Under the pieces are notes generated by a model. That model was not told the origin of the DNA and did no database searches. It saw only the letters and a program-made list of their open reading frames with translations. Of a DNA stretch of 64,000 bases, positions 49,537-58,382 are shown in pieces. The DNA is from an uncultured Gemmatimonadales bacterium (GTDB lineage: Bacteria; Gemmatimonadota; Gemmatimonadetes; Gemmatimonadales; GWC2-71-9). The stretch spans positions 27,813 to 91,812 of the forward strand of contig CAWILD010000001.1 in NCBI GenBank assembly GCA_963836815.1, given 5' to 3'. Positions within the stretch are counted from its first letter, which is position 1; each line of letters starts with the position of its first letter. A program made the translations under genes and the position numbers.

Positions 49537-49680
49537 ATGACGCCGGTCTGGTCCAAGGACAGCCAGCGCCTCGCCTACATCCGGGGCGACGAGATCTGGA
49601 TCATGTCCAAGAGCGGCGCGGGGGCGGTCAACATCACCAACAGCCCGGCTCCCGAGCGGGGGGTTTCCTGGAGCCGCTGA
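49537..49680 (+). pseudogene. orphan PD40/TolB-type beta-propeller blade fragment
   Basis: The 47-codon ORF MTPVWSKDSQRLAYIRGDEIWIMSKSGAGAVNITNSPAPERGVSWSR is one propeller-blade-like motif with nothing around it. Confidence 0.3.
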
Positions 49681-49721
49681 GGCTTCCATCCGTGCTGGCA
49701 GGTGGTTACATTTCCTTGGCT

Positions 49722-49855
49722 TAGAAGGGGAGTAGCTTATCCGCCGTGAGGCGGACAGCCGGATCGTCAAGACTGCGCGCTACGGCGTGCACGGTCCGGC
49801 AGGGGTCAGGAGGCCGTGCACCTACGTCGCCTCCCGACCAGAGCGAGACCTTCGT
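49722..49855 (+). promoter_or_regulatory. yybP-ykoY (Mn2+) type riboswitch aptamer
   Basis: 5' hallmark GAAGGGGAGUAGC (49724-36) and 3' hallmark AGCGAGACCUUC (49842-53), with GAAGG/CCUUC forming P1. UCGUCAA (49764-70) sits in an internal loop. The other helices are CCGCC-GUGA-GGCGG (49741-54), GCCGG/CCGGC (49758-62/49796-800) enclosing GCGCGC-UACG-GCGUGC (49775-90), and GGAGGC/GCCUCC (49809-14/49829-34). A TerC gene lies downstream. Confidence 0.75.
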
Positions 49856-49906
49856 CCATCGCAGCGCCTGTGGCGCGCGGAGCGGACGGGGTCTCGCTCT
49901 TTTTTT
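49840..49906 (+). terminator. riboswitch expression platform: intrinsic terminator
   Basis: AGAGCGAGACC (49840-50) pairs with GGTCTCGCTCT (49890-900), with additional inner pairing, followed by T7 (49900-06). The left arm is shared with the aptamer P1 3' strand. It ends 18 nt before the htpX ATG. Confidence 0.8.
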
Positions 49907-49924
49907 AGACCCCTCGGAGGATGT

Positions 49925-50764
49925 ATGAACAACGTCAAGACGTTCGTACTGATGGCCGGTCTGATGGGGCTTTTCCTCCTCGTCGGCCAGCTGCTCGGGG
50001 GCTCGCAGGGCCTCATCCTGGCCCTGGTCTTCGGCAGTGTGTTCAACTTCATCATGTACTTCTTCTCGGACCGGCTGGTGCTCCGGATGTACGGCGCCCA
50101 CGTGGTCACCGAGGCGGAGGCTCCCGAGCTGTACCGGATGGTGGACCGGCTGCGCCAGCGCGCCGGCCTGCCGATGCCGGTCGTGGCCGTGGCCCCGCAC
50201 GAGCAGCCCAACGCGTTCGCCACGGGGCGGAACCCGAAGCACGCGGTCATCGCGGTGACGACGGGCATCCTCAAGTACATGCCGCAGGAAGAGCTCGAAG
50301 GGGTGATCGCCCACGAGCTCGCCCACGTGAAGAACCGCGACATGCTGATCTCCACCCTCGCGGCGGGGATCGCCGGCGCGATCAGCAACCTGCCGTATCT
50401 ACTCATGTTCGGCGGTGGGTCGAGCGACGACGATGGGGGGCATCCGTTCGCCCAGCTCGCGCTGCTGCTGCTGGCGCCCATCGGGGCCATGCTGATCCAG
50501 TTCGCGGTCTCTCGGCAGCGGGAGTTCGAGGCCGACCGGGTGGGCGCCGAGATTCTCGGAAGGCCCATGCCGCTGGCCAACGCGCTCCGGAGACTGGACG
50601 CCATGGCGCACCGCATCCCGATGCATGTCGCGCCGGCGGCCGCGCCGCTCGCGCAGGTGAACCCGCTGGCCGGCTCGGCGGCGGGATCGAGCAAGCTCTT
50701 CAGTACCCACCCGCCGACCGAGGAGCGGGTCGCTCGGCTCGAGGCGCTCGCGGTGGGCCGGTAG
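49925..50764 (+). CDS. htpX: zinc metalloprotease HtpX (M48)
   Basis: ATG 49925, GGAGG at 49916-20. HELAHV (HExxH), ..EFEADRVGA.. and TM helices. Confidence 0.9.
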   Translation: MNNVKTFVLMAGLMGLFLLVGQLLGGSQGLILALVFGSVFNFIMYFFSDRLVLRMYGAHVVTEAEAPELYRMVDRLRQRAGLPMPVVAVAPHEQPNAFATGRNPKHAVIAVTTGILKYMPQEELEGVIAHELAHVKNRDMLISTLAAGIAGAISNLPYLLMFGGGSSDDDGGHPFAQLALLLLAPIGAMLIQFAVSRQREFEADRVGAEILGRPMPLANALRRLDAMAHRIPMHVAPAAAPLAQVNPLAGSAAGSSKLFSTHPPTEERVARLEALAVGR

Positions 50765-51709
50765 TTGTTCGGCCTGGGGCACCACTCCGCGACGGTCTGG
50801 CTGGGCTTCACGGCCCTCGTCGGAGCGCTCCTGATCCTCGACCTGGGAGTGCTCAACCGGCGCTCCCACGTCCTGTCGTTCAAGGAGGCGATGAGCTGGA
50901 GTCTCGGGCTCATCGCCTTCGCTTTGCTGTTCGGTCTGTTCATCCTGTGGCGGGAGGGGACTCAGCCGGCGCTGGAGTATTACACCGGCTACCTGATCGA
51001 GCTCTCGCTCAGCGTGGACAACCTCTTCGTCTTCATCCTCATCTTCTCGTACTTCGGCGTGCCGGCCCAGGCCCAGCCGAAGGTGCTCAAATGGGGCATC
51101 CTGGGCGCCATCGTGATGCGGTTCATCATGATCGCCCTCGGCGCCCTGCTGCTGGACCGGTTCGACTGGATCATCTACGTGTTCGGCGGCATCCTCCTCC
51201 TCACCGGAGTCAGGATGCTGACCCAGAAGGACGAGATGATCGAGCCGGAGAAGAATCCGGTCGTCCGGCTGGCCCGGCGGTTCCTGCCGTTCACCAGGTC
51301 CTACGACGGGGTCCACTTCTTCACCCGCCACGGCAGCGGGAAGTTGCTCGCGACCCCGCTTCTGCTGGTGCTGCTGGTGGTCGAGTGGTCGGACCTCGTC
51401 TTCGCCATCGACTCGATCCCGGCGATCTTCGCGGTCACCCGGGATCCGTTCCTGGTCTACAGCTCCAACGTCTTCGCGATTCTGGGCCTCCGGGCGCTCT
51501 TCTTCGTCCTGGCCGGCATGATGGACAAGTTCGTCTATCTGAAGCCCGGCGTGGCGCTGATCCTGATCTTCGTCGGGGTCAAGATGACGCTGAGCTACTG
51601 GCTCCACATCCCGATCCTCCTGTCGCTCGCCGTCATCCTCGTGACGCTCGCGACCGCGGTCGCACTGTCGCTCCGGCGCAGTGCGCGGGAGGCTCGCCAG
51701 GCGGCGTAG
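50765..51709 (+). CDS. TerC-family integral membrane protein
   Basis: TTG 50765 follows the htpX stop directly. ..ELSLSVDNLFVF.. and ..FAIDSIPAIFAVT.. TerC repeats. Confidence 0.9.
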   Translation: MFGLGHHSATVWLGFTALVGALLILDLGVLNRRSHVLSFKEAMSWSLGLIAFALLFGLFILWREGTQPALEYYTGYLIELSLSVDNLFVFILIFSYFGVPAQAQPKVLKWGILGAIVMRFIMIALGALLLDRFDWIIYVFGGILLLTGVRMLTQKDEMIEPEKNPVVRLARRFLPFTRSYDGVHFFTRHGSGKLLATPLLLVLLVVEWSDLVFAIDSIPAIFAVTRDPFLVYSSNVFAILGLRALFFVLAGMMDKFVYLKPGVALILIFVGVKMTLSYWLHIPILLSLAVILVTLATAVALSLRRSAREARQAA

Positions 51710-51782
51710 GCCGGCGGGATGAAGTGCGGTGTGCTCACAGCTCGTCCGGCTCCCATGCACCGAACGCCCCTATCTTCCTCCC

Positions 51783-53158
51783 ATGCCTTCCGCATCTCTC
51801 CTCGCCCGGCTCGGGCTCCACCGGCCCGAGCTCCGCGCCTGGGCCATGTTCGACTGGGCCACCTCCGCCGTCCAGACCACGATCATCACCGCCGTCTTCC
51901 CGATCTACTTCGTGAAGGTCGCGGGGGCCGGGCTGCCCGAAAGCGGCGCGACCCAGCGACTCGCCACGATCAACACGATCGCCCTCGTGATCATCGCCGT
52001 CGCCTCGCCCATCCTCGGCGCCATCTCGGACTACAGCGCGGTCAAGAAGCGGTTCATCGCCGCGTTCATGGGTCTCGGCCTGGTCGCCACGGCCGCGCTC
52101 TGGATGGTGAACACGGGAGACATCGACCTCGCGTCCTGGCTCTTCATCGCCGTCCTGGTCGGGGCGAGCGGCTGCTTCGTGTTCTACGAGGCGCTCCTGC
52201 CCCACATCGCCACGCCCGAGGAGATCGACCGGGTCTCGAGCGCCGGCTACGCGCTGGGATATCTGGGCGGCGGGCTGCTGCTTGCGCTCAACCTGGCATG
52301 GATCCAGAAGCCGGAGTGGTTCGGCCTGCTCGACCCGAGAACAACCTGCCGGTCCGGCTGGCGTTCGTATCGGTGGCGGTCTGGTGGCTGGTCTTCTCCA
52401 TCCCGCTGTTCCGCGGCGTTCCCGAGCCGCCCAGGCGGATCGAGTCCGACGAGCCGACGAGCGAGAGCCCGCTGCGGGTGGCATTCGTTCGGCTGGGCGA
52501 GACGTTCCGCGAGCTGCGCGGCTACCGGCAGGCGTTCCTGATGCTGCTCGCCTTCCTGATCTACAACGACGGGATCCAGACGATCATCAAGATGGCCACC
52601 GCCTACGGGACCGAGATCGGCATCGCCCAGAGCGCGCTGATCGGAGCGATCCTGCTGGTGCAGTTCGTGGGCATCCCCTGCTCCTTCCTGTTCGGCATGC
52701 TGGCGGGCCGGATCGGTCCCAAGCGCGCCATCTTTCTCGGTCTCCTCGCCTACACCGCCATCAGCATCCTCGGCTATTTCATGACCAGCGCGACCCACTT
52801 CTTCATCCTGGCCGGCCTGGTCGGAATGGTGCAGGGCGGCACCCAGGCGCTGAGCCGGTCGCTCTTCGCCAGCATGATCCCGCAGCACAAGTCCGGAGAG
52901 TTCTTCGGCTTCTTCAGCATCTTCGAGAAGTTCGCCGGCATCTTCGGGCCGCTCATCTTCGCGCTGACGATCGCGGCCTCCGGTAGCAGCCGGAACGCGA
53001 TTCTCTCGGTCATCGCGTTCTTCGCGGTGGGCGCGGCGATACTGTGGACGGTGGACATCTCGGAAGGAAGACGGGCCGCGCGCGCGGCCGAGGCGCAGGT
53101 GCGCGCGCCGGAGCCTACTGACCGGGAGGCGGTTCCCCACAGTTCACGCGGAGGTTGA
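51783..53158 (+). pseudogene. MFS transporter (UMF1/Atg22-like), one frame break
   Basis: ATG 51783. ..FDWATSAVQTTIITAVFPIYF... At ~52336 one base appears to be missing, after which the protein continues ..ENNLPVRLAFVSVAVWWLVFSIPLF... Confidence 0.8.
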
Positions 53159-53210
53159 CCTGGGCACAAGGCACTTGCCCTCCGCCGCCCCAGTCTCCTA
53201 CGTTAATCAC

Positions 53211-53270
53211 ATGACGACGCCCCTCATGACCACCAAGCGCCGCTCCAGCGGCGGGCACCGCTCGGCCTAG
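53211..53270 (+). promoter_or_regulatory. candidate leader peptide ORF (MTTPLMTTKRRSSGGHRSA)
   Basis: 19 codons with 4 Thr and 1 Lys among the first 9. It contains CGGCGGG (53249-55), identical to the 3' arm of the downstream terminator hairpin. Confidence 0.3.
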
Positions 53271-53296
53271 GGACGTCAACTACCCTCGACCCGGAG

Positions 53297-53333
53297 CCCC
53301 GCCGTGCAATGCATCGGCGGGGCGTTTTCGTTC
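53297..53333 (+). terminator. hairpin plus T-tract immediately upstream of the M20-asd-lysC operon
   Basis: CCCCGCCG (53297-304) / CGGCGGGG (53315-22), 10-nt loop, then CGTTTTCGTTC, ending at ATG 53334. Confidence 0.6.
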
Positions 53334-54338
53334 ATGGACCCTCTGGAACTCACCAAGTCCCTCGTAGCCCTCGAGACGCCGACCGGTTCGGAGCGTCCGG
53401 CCACGGATTTCCTCGACGCCGCGTTGAGCCGGGCGGGGTACACCACGCTCCGCCAGCAGGTCTCGGCCGGCAGGCACAACCTCTTCGCCTTCCGGGAGCC
53501 GCCCGCGCTGGTGTTCTCCACCCACGTCGACTGCGTGCCACCCTACGTCCCCCTCTCGGAGGATGCCGACACGATCCGGGGTCGCGGAAGCTGCGACGCG
53601 AAAGGCCTGGCGGCGGCCATGATCGCCGCGGCGGAGCAGCTCGCGTCCCGTGGCGAGCGGCGGATCGGGCTGCTCTTCCTGGTCGGCGAGGAGAACGGCT
53701 CCGACGGCGCGCGGGCGGCCGCCGATTTCGGCCCGCGAGGCCGGTTCATCATCAACGGGGAGCCGACCGAGAACCGGCTTTCCATCGGGCAGAAGGGATC
53801 GCTGCGGGTGAACCTCGACGCCGAGGGCCGAGCGGCGCACTCGGCGTATCCGGACGAGGGGGACAGCGCCATCGCGGCACTGCTGGACACGCTGGAGCGC
53901 ATCCGGCGGATGCCGCTGCCCAGCGATGCGCTGCTGGGCCCGTCCACGCTCAACGTCGGCCTCATCAACGGGGGCATCGCCCCCAACGTCCTCGCGCCGC
54001 ATGCGACCGCGCAGGTCCTGTTCCGTACCGTGGAGCCCCCTGCCGGACTCAAGCAGCAGATTCTCGCCCTGCTCGCGCCCAACGTGTCTGCGTCGTTTCC
54101 CGTCGAGCTTCCCTTCTACAAGGGCGGAACCGCGCCCGCGGGGTGGGACACAACCGTCGTGAGCTTCTCCAGCGACCTGCCGTTCCTCGCTTCCTGGGGC
54201 GAGGGATATCAGCTCGGCCCGGGCACCATCAGGGTCGCGCACTCCCCCCACGAGCACATTCGCAAGGCCGACCTGCTCCGCGGCGTGGAGCTCTACGTGC
54301 GGTTGGCCACCGACCTGCTCGCCCGGGAGTCGTCATGA
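53334..54338 (+). CDS. M20-family metallopeptidase (ArgE/DapE family; dapE-like by context)
   Basis: ATG 53334; the track start GTG 53304 lies inside the hairpin. ..FSTHVDCVP.., ..RGRGSCDAKG.., ..LVGEENGS... The stop overlaps the asd ATG. Confidence 0.75.
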   Translation: MDPLELTKSLVALETPTGSERPATDFLDAALSRAGYTTLRQQVSAGRHNLFAFREPPALVFSTHVDCVPPYVPLSEDADTIRGRGSCDAKGLAAAMIAAAEQLASRGERRIGLLFLVGEENGSDGARAAADFGPRGRFIINGEPTENRLSIGQKGSLRVNLDAEGRAAHSAYPDEGDSAIAALLDTLERIRRMPLPSDALLGPSTLNVGLINGGIAPNVLAPHATAQVLFRTVEPPAGLKQQILALLAPNVSASFPVELPFYKGGTAPAGWDTTVVSFSSDLPFLASWGEGYQLGPGTIRVAHSPHEHIRKADLLRGVELYVRLATDLLARESS

Positions 54339-55396
54339 CCGGCAAGATCCCCGTCTCCATTCTCGGCGCCACCGGTACGGTGGGGCAGAAGTTCGTGCGG
54401 CTCCTCGCCGACCATCCCTGGTTCGAGATCGGGGCCGTCGCGGCATCCGCCGCGAGTGCCGGGAAGCGCTATGGCGACGTGGTCCGGTGGCGGGAGCAGA
54501 CGGCCCTCCCGGACCGTGTTGCCGCGCTGGTGATTCAGGAATGCGTGCCGCCACTCGCCGGACCGATCGTCTTCTCCGCGCTCGATGCGGACGTGGCCGG
54601 GCCCATCGAGCAGGCGTTCGCCGGCTCCGGGGCGTACGTCGTCACCAACGCGCGCAACCACCGGATGGACGCCGATGTGCCCCTTCTCGTGCCCGAGGCC
54701 AATGCCGACCACCTGGTCCTCCTCGACCGGCAACGCGAATCCCGCGGGTGGAGCGGCGCGATACTCGCCAATCCCAACTGCTCCACCGCCGGCCTGGTGC
54801 TCGCCCTGACACCGCTGCACCGCGCCTTCGGGATCGACCGGCTCTTCGTTTCGACGATGCAGGCGGTCTCGGGAGCGGGATATCCCGGCGTCGCCTCGCT
54901 CGACATCGTCGGCAACGTCATTCCGCATATCGACGGCGAGGAAGAGAAGATCGAAAGGGAGAGCCGCAAGATCCTGGGCACGCTCGGCGAAGCGGGCGTG
55001 GAGCCCGCAGCGTTCTCCGTGAGCGCGCACACCAACCGGGTGGCGGTGCTCGATGGCCACCTGGAGACGGTGTCGGTCGGATTCAAGGCGAAGGTGACGC
55101 CGGAGGAGGCTGTGCAGGCGCTCCGCGAGTTCGTTGCGCCGCCGTGCGTCGCCGACCTGCCTTCGTCCCCACATCCGCCGGTGGAAGTGGATCAGAGACC
55201 CGACCGGCCACAGCCGCGCCTCGATCTCGAGCGGGGCGGCGGGATGGCGGTGACAGTCGGCCGGGTTCGCTCGTGTCCCATCCTCGACCTCCGACTGGTG
55301 CTGCTCAGCCACAACACCATCCGCGGCGCGGCCGGGCAAGGGGTGCAGATCGCGGAGCTGCTGGTGGCCGACGGGCGGGTGGAGCGTCCCCGATGA
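54335..55396 (+). CDS. asd: aspartate-semialdehyde dehydrogenase
   Basis: ..ILGATGTVGQ.., active-site ..NPNCSTAG.. and ..LSHNTIRGAAG... ATGA overlaps at both ends. Intact. Confidence 0.95.
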   Translation: MTGKIPVSILGATGTVGQKFVRLLADHPWFEIGAVAASAASAGKRYGDVVRWREQTALPDRVAALVIQECVPPLAGPIVFSALDADVAGPIEQAFAGSGAYVVTNARNHRMDADVPLLVPEANADHLVLLDRQRESRGWSGAILANPNCSTAGLVLALTPLHRAFGIDRLFVSTMQAVSGAGYPGVASLDIVGNVIPHIDGEEEKIERESRKILGTLGEAGVEPAAFSVSAHTNRVAVLDGHLETVSVGFKAKVTPEEAVQALREFVAPPCVADLPSSPHPPVEVDQRPDRPQPRLDLERGGGMAVTVGRVRSCPILDLRLVLLSHNTIRGAAGQGVQIAELLVADGRVERPR

Positions 55397-56764
55397 TCAT
55401 CTGCAAGTTCGGCGGCACCTCGGTTGCGGACGCCGGCGCGATTCGGCAATTGGTGGAGATCGCCGCGCGACGCGCAATCGGAGCGTCCCTTGGTAGTGGT
55501 ATCCGCGTTGGCGGGGGTGACCGACACGCTGATCGCGCTCGCCCGGGCCACCCAATCGGGACACGGCGATGAGACGCGGAGCCTGCTCGAAGGCCTGGCA
55601 CGGCGGCACGAGTCCACCGCGCGTGAGTTGCCGGGCGGAGAGAATGCGCTCCAGGCGATTCATGAGGACCTCGCGGCCCTGGGCGCCGAGGTCGGGGGCC
55701 GCGCTGGGTCGGACTCTGCAGGCCGCGGAGCTCGACGCCATCGTCGGACGGGGCGAGCTCTGGAGCTCGCGACTCGTGGCGTCGGCGATGGAGGGCGCGG
55801 GACTGCTCGCCGGTCTGGGTGGACATTCGATCCATCATGTTGACCGACGACCGCTTCGGGCGGGCGACTCCGGACCAGCGAGGTCTCGGGATCCGGGCAC
55901 GCGAATGTCTGAGCCCGCTGCTGGAGGCCGGCGCGATACCGGTGACCCAGGGGTTCATCGGCGCGACGCCGGACGGCCGGCCGACCACGCTCGGGCGGGG
56001 AGGCTCGGATTTCACTGCGGCCCTGCTCGGTGCCGCGCTCGGCGCGGAGCGGGTCGAGATCTGGACCGACGTGGACGGGCTGATGACGGCCGACCCCCGG
56101 ATCGTCCCCGGCGCGCGCACGCTGCGGGTGGCGAGCTACGAGGAGGCGGCGGAGCTCGCCACCTTCGGCGCGAAGGTCCTCCATCCGGCGACGGCGATGC
56201 CGCTGGTGCGTGCCGGCATCCCGATCGTGGTGCTCAACTCGAGGCACCCCGACCGGATCGGAACCACCATCACGCCCTCGGCCGAGCTCGAGCGGCTGGG
56301 CGATTCCCCCGTGCGCTCCATCTCGTGGAAGAGGGGCATCACGGTCGTCAACGTCCGCGCGCCCCGTATGCTGGGCACCTACGGCTTTCTCCGCGCGATG
56401 TTCGAGGTCTTCGAGCGCCACGAGGTCGTGGTGGACGTCCTGGCGAGCGGCGAGGTGAGCGTGTCGCTCACCGTGGAAGACGGCTCCCGGCTGGAGCCCG
56501 TCGTGCGGGAGCTCTCGGAGCTCGGCGAGGTCTGGGTGGAGGATCAGCGCGCGATCATCGCGGTCGTGGGCATCGGTATCCGGCACACCCCTGGCCTGGC
56601 CGCCCGCCTGTTCAAGGCGGTGCAGCCGGCCAACGTCGAGGTCATCTCGCAGGGGGCGTCGGCGATCAACATGACGTTCGTGGTCCGCGAAGAGGATGGG
56701 CCCGGATGTGGTGCGCCGGCTCCATCACCGAGTTCTTTGGGTCAGAGCTTGTCACCCTCCGTGA
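55393..56764 (+). pseudogene. lysC: aspartate kinase, about five frame breaks
   Basis: MIICKFGGTSVADAG.., ..PLVVVSALAGVTDTL.., ..TLGRGGSDFTAALLGAAL.., ..IWTDVDGLMTADPRIV.., ..ATFGAKVLHPATAMP.. and ACT-like repeats. Breaks at ~55476, ~55696, ~55812, ~56702 and ~56728. The stop is uncertain: 56764 in one frame, 56834 in another. Confidence 0.9.
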
Positions 56765-56796
56765 TCCTTCGTGCCTTCGTGGTGACAGAGATTTCC

Positions 56797-57496
56797 ATGC
56801 GACTCGCCATCATCGGCAACGGCAAGATGGGTAAGGCGATTGCGGCACTGGCCGCCGAGCGCGGGCACACCGTGCATGCGCTGATCGGCAAGGAGGAGAA
56901 CGACGGTGGAAAGGCGTTGACGCCGGAGCGGCTGGCAGGGGTGGACGTCGCGCTGGAGTTCACCAGTCCGGACGCGGCGGCGGCCAACGTCTCGCCGGCT
57001 GATCGAGGCTGGGATCCCGACGGTGTGCGGCACGACCGGATGGGATGCGGCACGACGCGATCGCGAGCTGGTGACCGCGCGACGCGGCGCGTTCCTGTAC
57101 GCGGCCAACTTCTCGCTCGGCGTCCAGCTGTTTCTCCGTGCCGCTCGCGAGCTCGGCCGGCAGCTCGCGGGGCGACGAGGATTTCGGCGCGTTCATCTCC
57201 GAAGAGCACCACGCGACCAAGCGCGATGCGCCCTCCGGGCACGGCGTTGCTGCTGCAGAAGCGGCTGCGGGAGGTGGACCCCGGTCGCGACTTCCCCATC
57301 ACTTCGGTCCGCGCCGGCTCCACACCCGGCACGCACACGATCGCCTATGACGGCCGGTACGAGCGGATCGCGCTGACCCACGTCGCCCGGAGCCGGGATG
57401 GGTTCGCCGCCGGCGCGCTCGCGGCCGCGGAATGGCTTCCCGGTCGCGTCGGGCGTTTTCAGCCTCGAGGACATGCTGTTCGGGAGCACCGGATGA
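56797..57496 (+). pseudogene. dapB: 4-hydroxy-tetrahydrodipicolinate reductase, four frame breaks
   Basis: MRLAIIGNGKMGKAI, ..CGTTGW.., ..EEHHATKRDAPSGTA.. and ..GTHTIAY... Breaks at ~56992, ~57172, ~57240 and ~57454. The stop at 57494-96 overlaps the dapA ATG. Confidence 0.9.
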
Positions 57497-58382
57497 CGCC
57501 GCTTCAGGGCTGCGGCACCGCGCTCGTGACCCCGTTCACCGACTCGGGAGCGCTGGACTCTGCCCGCGCTGCGCGCACTGGTGGACTGGCAGATCGCGCG
57601 AAGGGATCGATTTCCTGGTTCCCTGCGGCTCGACCGGCGAGGCCCAGACCCTGGACGACGGCGAGCGGGAGCGGGTCGTCGCCGCGGTGGTGGAGGTTTC
57701 GGCGGGCCGGGTGCCGGTGATGGCGGGGGCCACCAGCAACGACACCGCCCGCGCCGTCGCCGAGACCAGGCGAATGTGCCGCCTCGGCGCGGACTACATC
57801 CTCAGCGCCACTCCCTACTACAACAAGCCCACCCAGGAAGGCCTCTACCGCCACTTCGCGGCCGTCGCCGACGCGTCCGAGAAGCCGGTCTGTCCTCTAC
57901 AACGTGCCGGGCCGCACCGCGGTCAACCTCAAGGCCTCCACGGCGCTCCGGCTCGCCGAGCACCCCAACGTGATCGGCATCAAGGAGGCGAGCGGCGACC
58001 TCAAGCAGGTGATGGAGATCCTCGCGCGGCCGCCCGCCGGCGATTCGCCGTGCTCTCGGGCGACGACTGGCTCACGCTGCCGGTCATCACCGCGGGCGGG
58101 CGACGGCTTGATCTCCGTGACGTCGAACGAGGTGCCCGGCGCCGATGACGGCGCTTCGTGCACCTGGTGCTCTCCGGCGATCTGGAGCCGGCCCGCCGGT
58201 GGCACTACCGCCTGCTGCCGCTCATGGACGCGAACTTCCTGGAGACCAACCCGGCGCCGGTGAAGGCCGCGCTCGCGCCTGCTCGGGCGCATCCAGAACG
58301 TGCTCCGCCTGCCGCTGGTGCCGGCGTCGGAGGCGACCTGCCACGCTCGCTGCGCGAAGCGCTGGAGTGCGCGCTCCAGTGA
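57493..58382 (+). pseudogene. dapA: 4-hydroxy-tetrahydrodipicolinate synthase, nine frame breaks
   Basis: ..GTALVTPFT.., ..DFLVPCGSTGEAQTL.., ..[17 protein letters not shown].., ..[13 protein letters not shown].., ..IGIKEASGD.., ..FAVLSGDD.., ..[11 protein letters not shown].. and ..[12 protein letters not shown]... Breaks at ~57559, ~57599, ~57891, ~58044 (missing base), ~58100, ~58144, ~58157, ~58278 and ~58338 (missing base). Confidence 0.9.

Noticed and set aside
49787-49821. Hairpin GTGCACGG..CCGTGCAC with a GGTCCGGCAGG loop, considered as an SRP (4.5S) RNA domain IV.
   Set aside because: It lacks the conserved GGAAGCAGC-type symmetric-loop sequence. The region is better explained as part of the Mn2+ riboswitch.
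50399-51760. 453-aa minus-strand ORF, and the 664-aa plus-strand ORF 49921..51915.
   Set aside because: Both overlap htpX and terC, which have clear signatures in other frames. Their Arg/Pro/Gly-rich translations have no motifs.
53162-53180. GGGCAC..TTGC after the MFS stop, considered as a sigma-54 promoter.
   Set aside because: The GG-to-GC spacing is 14 nt in one register and 7 nt in the other, not 12. It more likely forms an imperfect small hairpin.
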